Of a stretch of DNA of 64,000 bases, positions 27,147 through 35,330 are shown piece by piece. Source of the DNA: a bacterium (GTDB lineage Bacteria; Gemmatimonadota; Gemmatimonadetes; Gemmatimonadales; Gemmatimonadaceae). The position numbers and the translations under genes were made by a program. Under the pieces are notes generated by a model, which was not told the origin of the DNA, ran no database searches, and saw only the letters and a list, made by a program, of their open reading frames with translations. The first letter of the stretch is position 1. Each line of letters begins with the position of its first letter. The stretch covers positions 2,244-66,243 of the forward strand of contig JBDUCR010000035.1 in the NCBI GenBank assembly GCA_040003345.1. The letters are read 5' to 3'.

Positions 27147-27452
27147 GTGAAGCTCACAAAGCGTCTCGAGTGGGGGTTGTTTGCCGCAGCAGCCGGAAGA
27201 GTGGCCGAGCCTATCGCCGAGCGGGCGGTGTTGGCCGCATGGCGGTTCGCCGCGGGCGAAGATCCGCCGGAGGATCCGGCGGCACCCGACGTGGATTGGG
27301 GTCGCGCTATCGCGTGGGCAATGACGGCGGCCGCCGCTCTCGCCGTGGCGCAGGTGATCGCGCGACGGGGTGCTGCTTTCGCCTGGGAGCGTACCACGGG
27401 ACGGCGGCCTCCACCGCGTGGCGGCAAGCGCCGGAGACGCGTGCGGGTTTGA
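27147..27452 (+). CDS. DUF4235-like small protein
   Basis: 101 aa with a GTG start. Pattern of an amphipathic helix, an acidic/Pro linker (GEDPPEDPAAPD), a W-containing helix and ...TGRRPP, as in DUF4235 proteins. Motif recall only. Confidence 0.45.
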   Translation: MKLTKRLEWGLFAAAAGRVAEPIAERAVLAAWRFAAGEDPPEDPAAPDVDWGRAIAWAMTAAAALAVAQVIARRGAAFAWERTTGRRPPPRGGKRRRRVRV

Positions 27453-27511
27453 TAGAGAGGTTAGCAAGCTCGGCCTCTTGCGTGCGAATGCGTACGGCCA
27501 CAAGGTGACCG

Positions 27512-28633
27512 ATGCGCGATGACGCGACCCGAGATGCCGCGCCTTACGTAGACGCAAAGATCGATTGGCGGATCGGCATCGCGTTCGTCGTTGGACTGAG
27601 CGCCGTATTTGCTGCGCAGGGTCGCATCAGCAGCACATCGGCGACGCCGTTCGGAACACTGTTCGAGCGGCAGCTGGTCATCTGGGCACTGTGGCTCGCC
27701 CTCGCTCCCGTGAGCTTCGACGTCGGGCGTCTGATGCGTCGACGCGGCGTGCTGCGCGCGAGCTCGATCGCGATCTTCATTGCGTCCGGACTTCTCATCT
27801 CCGTATTGCACGCCGCGCTTGCTGCAATCGTGCGATCGATTCTCGGTCTCGCGCCGAGTGAGCATCTCACGCAAGCGGTCATGATGTCGATCGCTGGCTC
27901 GCTCTCCGTCAACTTCGTCCGCTTCTGGTTCATCTCGGCGCTCTATCACGTGATGGCGTACCATCGCGAGGTTCGAGAACGCGAGGTGAATGCAGCCAAG
28001 CTGGCGGCGAGCCTGGCGCAGGCGCGGCTGGAAAGTCTCGAGGGTCGGCTGCAGCCGCACTTTCTCTTCAACACGCTCAACGCGATCACGACGCTCATCA
28101 GGCCGGATCCGGCCGCAGCGGAAGCGATGACGGGACATCTGCGTGATCTGCTGCGCGCCGCGCTCGACGTCGACAATTCGCGCGAGGTGACGCTCCAGCG
28201 CGAAATTGACATGCTCTCGCACTATCTCGCGATTCAGCGCGCGCGCTTCGAGGAGCGGCTCAACGTGATGTTGGAGGTCGAGCCGGAAGTCTTGCCTGCG
28301 TACATGCCGCATCTCATTCTGCTGCCGATTGTTGACAATGCGATCCGGCATGGTATCGCATCGCGGCAGACTCCAGGCAGTGTATGGATTCGCGGACGGA
28401 GAAAGGGCGACATGCTGCAGCTGGATGTGCAGGATGATGGTGTGGGCATTGGACGCGCACCGGCGGCGAAGGACGGTCACGGCATTGGAATCAGCAGCAC
28501 GCGCACGCGACTCCGACAGTTGTACGGCGATGCGGCGCGATTCCACATCGGGCAAGGGAGGCCCGACGGAACGATCGTCACGATCGAGCTGCCCTTTCAC
28601 ACCGAGACGCGATCAGTGCTTAGTGCGTCGTGA
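27512..28633 (+). CDS. LytS/YehU-type sensor histidine kinase (His_kinase plus HATPase_c); no LytTR regulator adjacent
   Basis: 4-5 N-terminal TM helices. Signature LQPHFLFNTLNAITTLI. ATP-binding blocks PIVDNAIRHG and DDGVGIG. The 379-aa antisense ORF is a GC artefact. Confidence 0.85.
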   Translation: MRDDATRDAAPYVDAKIDWRIGIAFVVGLSAVFAAQGRISSTSATPFGTLFERQLVIWALWLALAPVSFDVGRLMRRRGVLRASSIAIFIASGLLISVLHAALAAIVRSILGLAPSEHLTQAVMMSIAGSLSVNFVRFWFISALYHVMAYHREVREREVNAAKLAASLAQARLESLEGRLQPHFLFNTLNAITTLIRPDPAAAEAMTGHLRDLLRAALDVDNSREVTLQREIDMLSHYLAIQRARFEERLNVMLEVEPEVLPAYMPHLILLPIVDNAIRHGIASRQTPGSVWIRGRRKGDMLQLDVQDDGVGIGRAPAAKDGHGIGISSTRTRLRQLYGDAARFHIGQGRPDGTIVTIELPFHTETRSVLSAS

Positions 28634-28749
28634 GCTGAGAGCAACGTCCATCCCCACGCACTCCATTCGTCGCTGTTGGACTGATGACGCGATTGCAGAG
28701 ACATGCGGAATGGCGTTTCATGCGGCACGCTTTTGTGTATCTTGGCGGC

Positions 28750-29694
28750 ATGAATTCATCCCTGCGTTTTCTCGTCGCTGCCGCGGGTTTGCTCGTCGCG
28801 GCGCCACACGTTGTCGTCGCGCAAAATGCGGTCGCTGCACCGCAGCGCCGAGAGGTGCGTGCGGACGACGGACATCGCCTCGTATTGTGGGAGAAGCGCC
28901 CGGCGACTCTTCCCAAAGGCGAAATCGTTCTGCTGCACGGCCGCACGTGGAGCGCGCTTCCGAACTTCGACCTCCACGTCGCCGGTCAAAAAGTATCGGC
29001 GATGGATGCGCTCGTGGCGAAGGGTTACGCAGTGTATGCGCTCGACCAGCGTGGTTACGGCGCGACGGCGCGCGACACGACCGGTTGGCTTACGCCGGAG
29101 CGGGCTGCCGCCGACGCTGAGGCTGTTACCGATTGGGTCGCAGCGCACGCGCCGAACTCACGACGTCCCGCGCTGCTCGGTTACTCGCGCGGTTCGGCGA
29201 CCGTAATGCTCGCGGCTCAACGACATCCAGAAAAGATCTCTGCGCTCATCATGTATGCGCCCTACCACAACATCGTGAAGCCGTCCGCGATTCCTCCGGA
29301 GCCAGCGCGACCGCCTCGCGCCAGGACGACAGCGGAGGGCGCAGCCGAAGATTTTCTCACTCCGGATTCAACGCCGGCCGGCGTAAAGGACGAGTACGTT
29401 CGCTCCGCCACGAAGCTCGATCCCATACGCGTGGACTGGCGACACGAAGAGCAGTTCAACGTGCTCGATCCCGCCGCCATTCATGTTCCGATTCTCATCC
29501 TTCACGGTGAGCGCGATCCTTACGCGAACGCCGCGGCGCTACCTGTCTTCTACTCGAAGCTCAACGCGGTGGATCGATCGTGGATCGTGTTGGCGGGTGC
29601 CGATCACGTGGCGCATCTGGAGCGGACGTCAGCGTGGGTGCACGCGATCACCAGCTTTCTCGAACGGCCAGCGGCCGAGCGTCACGCGCGCTGA
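28750..29694 (+). CDS. secreted alpha/beta hydrolase
   Basis: Start moved to the ATG at 28750 (MNSSLRFLVAAAGLLVAAPHVVVAQ signal peptide). Motifs VLLHGRTW, nucleophile elbow LLGYSRGS, and HGERDP...ADH. Confidence 0.7.
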   Translation: MNSSLRFLVAAAGLLVAAPHVVVAQNAVAAPQRREVRADDGHRLVLWEKRPATLPKGEIVLLHGRTWSALPNFDLHVAGQKVSAMDALVAKGYAVYALDQRGYGATARDTTGWLTPERAAADAEAVTDWVAAHAPNSRRPALLGYSRGSATVMLAAQRHPEKISALIMYAPYHNIVKPSAIPPEPARPPRARTTAEGAAEDFLTPDSTPAGVKDEYVRSATKLDPIRVDWRHEEQFNVLDPAAIHVPILILHGERDPYANAAALPVFYSKLNAVDRSWIVLAGADHVAHLERTSAWVHAITSFLERPAAERHAR

Positions 29695-30245
29695 GCAGCG
29701 CGGCGCAGCAAGACGAACGTCGTCGCGTTGTCGGGACGGTCTTCGAGGCCTTCGGCGAGGATCGTGAGACCATAGTGTCTGGCCGCCCACGGTGCCGCGA
29801 TCGCCGCGGTGGAGGTATCTCGCCGGATGGCGACCATGCGTGCCGCTCCTGCTGTATCCGGTGCTTCGACGGCACGAATGGCGGGGTGCTCTGCGAGAAA
29901 GCGAGTGCACTGCTTGAGCGCGATGGGGTGACTCAGTACCTCTCGAACGTCGTCGACCATCGCGCCAGGTAACCCGAGCAATGCGAGGCGAACCGGCAGC
30001 GCGAGCTCACGAACACGCTCCAGCGACGTGAAGGGCGCCATTGCGGAGAGAGCCGCATGTACAGGCCCCGCGATGAGATTCTCGATGGGAATTACGGCAT
30101 AGTCGGCGTTGCCGTTTACGACAGCACGCACCGCGGCGTCGAAGGTGTCGCAGGGTAGCAGGGAGAGTTGTCCAGGCACGAGCAAGGCAGCGGCGCGTTC
30201 GCTGAACGCTCCGGTTTCCCCCTGAAACGCGACGATTGGGCGCAC
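29682..30245 (-). CDS. pheA: prephenate dehydratase catalytic (PDT) domain only, ACT domain absent
   Basis: IVAFQGETGAFSERAA start and a PDT-like body. The ORF ends at ...NATTFVLLRRAAQRA, directly after the position of the TRF motif. Its 13-nt 3' end overlaps the convergent hydrolase gene. Confidence 0.65.
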   Translation of the reverse strand: MRPIVAFQGETGAFSERAAALLVPGQLSLLPCDTFDAAVRAVVNGNADYAVIPIENLIAGPVHAALSAMAPFTSLERVRELALPVRLALLGLPGAMVDDVREVLSHPIALKQCTRFLAEHPAIRAVEAPDTAGAARMVAIRRDTSTAAIAAPWAARHYGLTILAEGLEDRPDNATTFVLLRRAAQRA

Positions 30246-30371
30246 ATGGCAACGTTGTCATGGCGTCCCGTGATACACAAGGAACGATGAGAATTTTTCA
30301 AGCGAAAGCGGTAAAAGCGGTGCGGAATCTTCGCCGCGCTCCGATTGACTGATCGAATTATGAGAAAGAAA

Positions 30372-30959
30372 TCATGTACGCGGCTCGCGAGCGGCGTCGG
30401 TGTGAAGCTCGCGCTCGGTCAGCGTGCGCTGATCGCCGATCTTTGGCGTGGTGCCGGTCAGTAGTGACTTCGCGACTTCGAACAGCACCATCGGACGCGG
30501 CGTGTTCACTACGAGGTATTCAACGGATTGCGCCTCGACGAGGACGAGGGCCAGACGTGGATCGTTCTCACTACCATCGCGAGCGCCTCCCTTGTCGCCG
30601 AACCACGCCTTCCAGTCCGCCTTGTAGAGTTCCTTGATCAGATTGCGATCCTGCGTAACGCTCGCGACGCCGGCGACGGAAACCCACTCGCGGCTCTTCA
30701 CATTGTAGTAGGCCAGATTCACGTGTGGATCGGACTCGAGCTCGTCGAGCTTATGCGACGAAATATCCGTCACGAACCACAGATCCGTTCCGCTGACACG
30801 CTCCTGTGTCGCCATCGGGCGGGAGACCAGTTGACCGTCTGCGCGACGCGTGGTGAACATGGCGATCTCGATGCCGTCGATGAGATCATAGAGCTCATCC
30901 AGCTTCTTGCCGGTCGAAGTCTTCTCGTCGCGATTTATATCGGGAGTGCGCTCTGGCAT
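30372..30959 (-). CDS. pyridoxamine 5'-phosphate oxidase-fold protein (general stress protein 26-like)
   Basis: Start at the ATG at 30959 (MPERTPD...). Motifs IEIAMFTTRRADGQLVSRPMATQ, DLWFVTDISSHKLDEL and PHVNLAYY. Confidence 0.7.
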   Translation of the reverse strand: MPERTPDINRDEKTSTGKKLDELYDLIDGIEIAMFTTRRADGQLVSRPMATQERVSGTDLWFVTDISSHKLDELESDPHVNLAYYNVKSREWVSVAGVASVTQDRNLIKELYKADWKAWFGDKGGARDGSENDPRLALVLVEAQSVEYLVVNTPRPMVLFEVAKSLLTGTTPKIGDQRTLTERELHTDAAREPRT

Positions 30960-31068
30960 CTGCTGTGCTCGGCGTGAGGGTAATGCTGCAATGGCAACCC
31001 TCAAGGCAGGACACGTGCCCAAGGTCGACGTGCTTCCTCACGCTCGTCCTCCACGATAGGTTCGCCGC

Positions 31069-31572
31069 ATGATACGAAATGCGATCATCGCCGTCGGCGT
31101 CTTGGTGGGTGCCTGTGCCTCGGCATCGTCGCGATCGCTTGAGGGCATTCCGCCTGTGCAGGGCGAGATGCGTAGCTCGAACGGCATTCGCTTTGTCGAC
31201 ATCGCCACTGGAACTGGCGAATCGATGGCGCCGCGGAAATGCGTGTACACGCACTACACAGGTTGGCTGGCTGATGGAACGAAGTTCGACTCGTCGCACG
31301 ATGTGACGAGCAACGGCACGGGTGGCGAACCCGTGGCGTTCATTCAGGGAACGGGGCGCGTAATGCCGGGCTGGGAAGTCGGCTTCAACGGCATGCGTGT
31401 CGGTGGGCGACGCCGATTGTACATCCCATATCAGCTCGGCTACGGCGAGAAAGGGAATCCGCCACTGATTCCCGCGCGCGCTGCGCTCACGTTCGACGTC
31501 GAGCTCATGGCAGTCGCCGACGCCGATGCACATCAATGCCGCTCGTGGAAATCCGTGAGCGGATCAGGTTGA
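31069..31572 (+). CDS. FKBP-type peptidyl-prolyl cis-trans isomerase, lipoprotein
   Basis: Lipobox VLVGAC. Motifs HYTGWLADGTKFDSS, VMPGWEVGFNGMRVGGRRRLYIPYQLGYG and LTFDVELMAV. Confidence 0.9.
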   Translation: MIRNAIIAVGVLVGACASASSRSLEGIPPVQGEMRSSNGIRFVDIATGTGESMAPRKCVYTHYTGWLADGTKFDSSHDVTSNGTGGEPVAFIQGTGRVMPGWEVGFNGMRVGGRRRLYIPYQLGYGEKGNPPLIPARAALTFDVELMAVADADAHQCRSWKSVSGSG

Positions 31573-32952
31573 TCCGCCGTTACGCCACGCTCCTCGCGTA
31601 AAATCGGGGAACTTCATCGGCGCGCTGCCTTTCGCGACGGAGTGCTCGGACAGCGGCCCCGGCGCGCTCCATGCCGCGGCGTCGTATACGTTGATGTCGG
31701 GCACGAGGCCTTCGCGCAGACAGCTGACGAGCCGCCAGGCCATGATGAAATCCATACCGCCGTGGCCGCCGGTGCGTGCTCGCTCACCCTGCGCCTTCCA
31801 CCATGGATGTTCGAATTCCGTCTTGTACTCGTCGATGCCAGCCCAGACGTCGTTCTTGCCGCGCCCTTCGACGTAAATGCGAGGCGGATAGTCCTCGAAT
31901 AGTCCCTTCGTTCCCTCGATACTGTTGATCCGGCTGTACGGACGCGGACTCGACACATTGTGCTCGAGGCGAATCGTACGGCCTTTCGCCGTCTTGATCA
32001 GCGAGCTGTTGAGATCACCATTGACGTACTTCTCCTTCCAGCGAGGATCGCTCTTCGGTACGTGCTCTTCGCGCCACTTGGTGAGGCCGAACTCCGGTGT
32101 GCTCATGGAGACCGTATAGTCGAACCGGTCGCCGTGATTGACGCCGAGATACCACGCCACCGGACCGAGGCCGTGCGTCGGATAGAGATTGCCGTTGCGC
32201 ATGGTGTGCGCGTCGCGTCGCCACAGTCCCTCATCGCGCGTTTCGAAGAGGATGGAGCGCAGGTCGTGATTGTACGCGGCGCCGCCGTGCTTGAGCTCAC
32301 CGAACACGCCGGCCTTCACCATCTGGAGAACGAGCGTCTCGTTGTACCCGTAGCAGCAGTTCTCCATGATCATGCAATGACGTCGCGTCTTCTCCGACGT
32401 ATCGACGAGCGTCCAGCAGTCCTCGAGCGTGAGCGCCGCGGGCACTTCGGTTCCGGCGTGTTTGCCGTGCGTCATGGCCGCAACGACGACGGGAACGTGC
32501 CAGCGCCATGGTGTCGCCGTGTACACGAAGTCGATATCGTCACGCGCGCACAGCTTCTCGAAATCGCGCTCGCCGCCGGAATAGACGGCCGGCTCGTAGT
32601 CGTGACCTGCCTTCTTCATCTGCGCTTTCGCCATCTCGACCTTCTCGGGCACGAGATCGCAGAGCGCCGTAATCTTCACGTTGCCCACGCCGAGCAGTTC
32701 GCTGAGCACACTGCGTCCACGGAGCCCCGTGCCCACGATGGCGATTCGCGGCACGTCGTGCGGCTCGAACTTCACGCTCATCATCGACGCGCCCGCTCGC
32801 GGCGGCACCTGGTCGCCAGCGAGCAATCGCACCGGCTCGGCGCTCGCGTCAGCCGGAAGTCCAAGCTGCGATAGTCCCAGGCCCGCACCAAGCACCGCTG
32901 CAGTCTTGAGGAGATCCCGACGGGTGATGTCGTGCTCGTTCTCGTGAGACAT
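31564..32952 (-). CDS. Tat-exported Gfo/Idh/MocA-fold, GH109-like NAD-dependent glycosidase (alpha-N-acetylgalactosaminidase-like)
   Basis: Start at the ATG at 32952 (MSHENEHDITRRDLLKTAAVLGAGLG, twin-arginine signal). Rossmann motif RIAIVGTGLRG. The blocks TPWRWH, ENCCYG, NGNLYPTHGLGP and GGHGGMD match my recollection of characterised GH109 enzymes. Confidence 0.8.
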   Translation of the reverse strand: MSHENEHDITRRDLLKTAAVLGAGLGLSQLGLPADASAEPVRLLAGDQVPPRAGASMMSVKFEPHDVPRIAIVGTGLRGRSVLSELLGVGNVKITALCDLVPEKVEMAKAQMKKAGHDYEPAVYSGGERDFEKLCARDDIDFVYTATPWRWHVPVVVAAMTHGKHAGTEVPAALTLEDCWTLVDTSEKTRRHCMIMENCCYGYNETLVLQMVKAGVFGELKHGGAAYNHDLRSILFETRDEGLWRRDAHTMRNGNLYPTHGLGPVAWYLGVNHGDRFDYTVSMSTPEFGLTKWREEHVPKSDPRWKEKYVNGDLNSSLIKTAKGRTIRLEHNVSSPRPYSRINSIEGTKGLFEDYPPRIYVEGRGKNDVWAGIDEYKTEFEHPWWKAQGERARTGGHGGMDFIMAWRLVSCLREGLVPDINVYDAAAWSAPGPLSEHSVAKGSAPMKFPDFTRGAWRNGGST

Positions 32953-32971
32953 GATGCTCCTTGAGTAGTCG

Positions 32972-34282
32972 CTACAACTGCACAGCGCCCTGTCCCGGAA
33001 CCGCGACGATGAATTCGGAGCGCGCTGCTGCCGTCGGAAACTCCCTACGATAACTCGCACTCCATTCGGTCGCGAATCGCTCCGCCTCGGCACGCGTTGT
33101 CATTGCCCAGACACTGCCACCGAAGCCCGCGCCGAATGCGGATGCCGCATCGGCACCAAGAGCGCGCGCACTCCTCTGCAGTGCCATGGTCTCGGGAATC
33201 TGATTGCCGAGTAGCGTCTCTGCGTTTCGATGACTGAGATCGACCAGAGTGCCGAACGCCTGGAGGTCGCCCGAGGCAAGCGCGCTTGCTGCCCGTGGAA
33301 TGATCTCAAATGACTCGACGACAAACTGATCGAACCGATCGAGCAACCGTTGCGACGTGAATTCCTCCGAATGGGATTCGCGAAGCACAGCGCGAATCTG
33401 ATCTGCGGCATCGTGAGCGGCGGCAACGGCATCGCCGATCGACGTGAACGAGGAATTCGAAGCTCTGTTCCAGTGCTCGAGAATGCGCACTGTCGCGAGA
33501 GAGGCTTCGTTGTATCGCAGCTTCGCCGCCGCCGTTTTCTCGGCGGCAACGCCACTGTACGCCACCACGAATGCGTGTGTAGCCGGAAAGGCCACCTCAC
33601 CCTCGGCGCGTACTGGACAGAAGGCGTAGCGACTCAGCACTTCCGAGCGACAGCAGAGGATTGCGGTCTGATCCTGACTTCCGCCGAGAGTCCCCACTCC
33701 GCGATCACCCGCGAGGGGTCCGAAGACGCGGCCATTCTCGACTGCGCCGAGGTATTCGGCGAGCTCCTCGCGTGACCGGATGACGCTTTGATAGAGCCGA
33801 TCGTCGCCGAGCGCATTTGCTGCGTGCAACGCGAGAAAGCTGGCGATGACGAGTGCGCTCGAGCTACTCATGCCTGATGCCGGCGGAAGATTGCTCGCAA
33901 ACGAGAGGTTGATGCCACGACGCACACTCGGAAAATCGCGCGCGAGTCGTCTCGCGACGGTTGCGACATAGGCGGACCAATCGCCGTCTTGCGCATGGTC
34001 GCTCTCGATGAGCGCAAGTTCTCGCGCATCGCCACGAACAGCATCGACGATGCGAATCCGCGCATCATCTCGCCGCTGAGCAAGCACCGCGAAACCGCGG
34101 TCGATGGCGCAGAGCAAACTGCGTCCGCCGGCGTAGTCGGTGTGTTTTCCGAGCACCTCGATGCGGCCAGGAACAAAGAACGCGAGCGGTTCAGTCTGCG
34201 ACGACGAATCTTCGAGCCTCGCGAGCGCCACTTCGGACTTCGCGAACAACTGCGCCGTTGCGTGCGACTCGTGCTCGGACAT
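32972..34282 (-). CDS. GHMP-family sugar-1-kinase, galactokinase-like
   Basis: Start at the ATG at 34282 (MSEHESH; 34297 also possible). Galactokinase signature PGRIEVLGKHTDYAGG and GHMP ATP motif PPASGMSSSSAL. Confidence 0.8.
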   Translation of the reverse strand: MSEHESHATAQLFAKSEVALARLEDSSSQTEPLAFFVPGRIEVLGKHTDYAGGRSLLCAIDRGFAVLAQRRDDARIRIVDAVRGDARELALIESDHAQDGDWSAYVATVARRLARDFPSVRRGINLSFASNLPPASGMSSSSALVIASFLALHAANALGDDRLYQSVIRSREELAEYLGAVENGRVFGPLAGDRGVGTLGGSQDQTAILCCRSEVLSRYAFCPVRAEGEVAFPATHAFVVAYSGVAAEKTAAAKLRYNEASLATVRILEHWNRASNSSFTSIGDAVAAAHDAADQIRAVLRESHSEEFTSQRLLDRFDQFVVESFEIIPRAASALASGDLQAFGTLVDLSHRNAETLLGNQIPETMALQRSARALGADAASAFGAGFGGSVWAMTTRAEAERFATEWSASYRREFPTAAARSEFIVAVPGQGAVQL

Positions 34283-34314
34283 GCCAGCTGTCCGCATTCG
34301 TGCGGCGAACGCAG

Positions 34315-35193
34315 TCAAAGGCGGGGCTCCACGTGCCGGAGACCATCGGTGACCGCCGCGATGTCGCTGCGACTCGAGAGATCGAGCACGCCATCGTGAA
34401 ACGCGAGCACACAAAATTTCAAACCGAGTGTATCCGTTGCGAACTGCACGGCGTCCTGGAGCTCGAGCTCGCCGCGCGGGGAAACAGCGATGCTTCGGCA
34501 CGCGTGATAGATCTCCGGTGGCAACGACCAGCTGTTCATGCCTACCAGCAATTCGCCTTGGTGTTCGGCGATTTGCTGGGCGCTTGGCTTCTCGATGATT
34601 CGCTCGAGGAGTCCATCGGAGTTCACTTTCACAATCGACATCTTCGCCACGCGGTCCGCGTCGATATTGCTCAACTGCAGGAGCGCTTCCCGCTCGAACG
34701 CAGCGACGCCCGCAGTGCCAAGCGCGCGCAACGCGCGCAACGTGTGGATCGGATAGTAGTTGTCGGAATTCAGCGTGAGCACTACGTCGCCGCTGGCGAA
34801 TGATTCCGCGGCGAGCACGGCGTCCGCCGTGCCGAGTGGCTGCGCCTGTACGGCGAAGTGAATGCGCACACGCGTCAGCTCGACTTCACCGCCGTAGTAG
34901 TCGCGCATGCGCTGGTGCTCAGGTCCGATGACGATACACACGTCGGTGATTCCGGCGTCGGCGAGCGCGCTGATGACGTAGTCGAGGAAGGGACGCGCGA
35001 TCGGGATCATACCCTTGAGTCCCGAGTCGGCCGCGCCCGATTGCGATTCGTCCAGCGGAGCGGTGGCGTCGGCACGCCGCATTCGTGTGCCGAGCCCCCG
35101 CGCGAGAATTACAGCTTTTGTCGTGGGAGTGGACAACGACTCCACCTTCGGTCGAGAGAAGATTCGACAACGAAAACAACGATCGCTCAGCAC
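34315..35193 (-). CDS. sugar-phosphate nucleotidyltransferase
   Basis: N-terminal KAVILARGLGTRMR (GxGTR pyrophosphorylase loop). The true start is possibly the GTG at 35145. Confidence 0.75.
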   Translation of the reverse strand: MLSDRCFRCRIFSRPKVESLSTPTTKAVILARGLGTRMRRADATAPLDESQSGAADSGLKGMIPIARPFLDYVISALADAGITDVCIVIGPEHQRMRDYYGGEVELTRVRIHFAVQAQPLGTADAVLAAESFASGDVVLTLNSDNYYPIHTLRALRALGTAGVAAFEREALLQLSNIDADRVAKMSIVKVNSDGLLERIIEKPSAQQIAEHQGELLVGMNSWSLPPEIYHACRSIAVSPRGELELQDAVQFATDTLGLKFCVLAFHDGVLDLSSRSDIAAVTDGLRHVEPRL

Positions 35194-35330
35194 GACAGCG
35201 CGACGTCAAGCGCAAAATGTATCGCGCGACAATTCTCCCGGTCAGGCCGGATGCACGTCGTCTTGCGCGCGGTCGGTCGTGGCGCGATTCTCCGCGACCC
35301 ATACCCAACACGCCTTTTCGCCAAATCTGA

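Noticed and set aside
30306-30321. Short direct repeat AAGCGGT-AA-AAGCGGT upstream of pheA, and a GCGAATT direct repeat at about 55268-55290.
   Set aside because: These are only 7-mers occurring twice, with no second locus or associated regulator to support function. They are noted but not interpretable.
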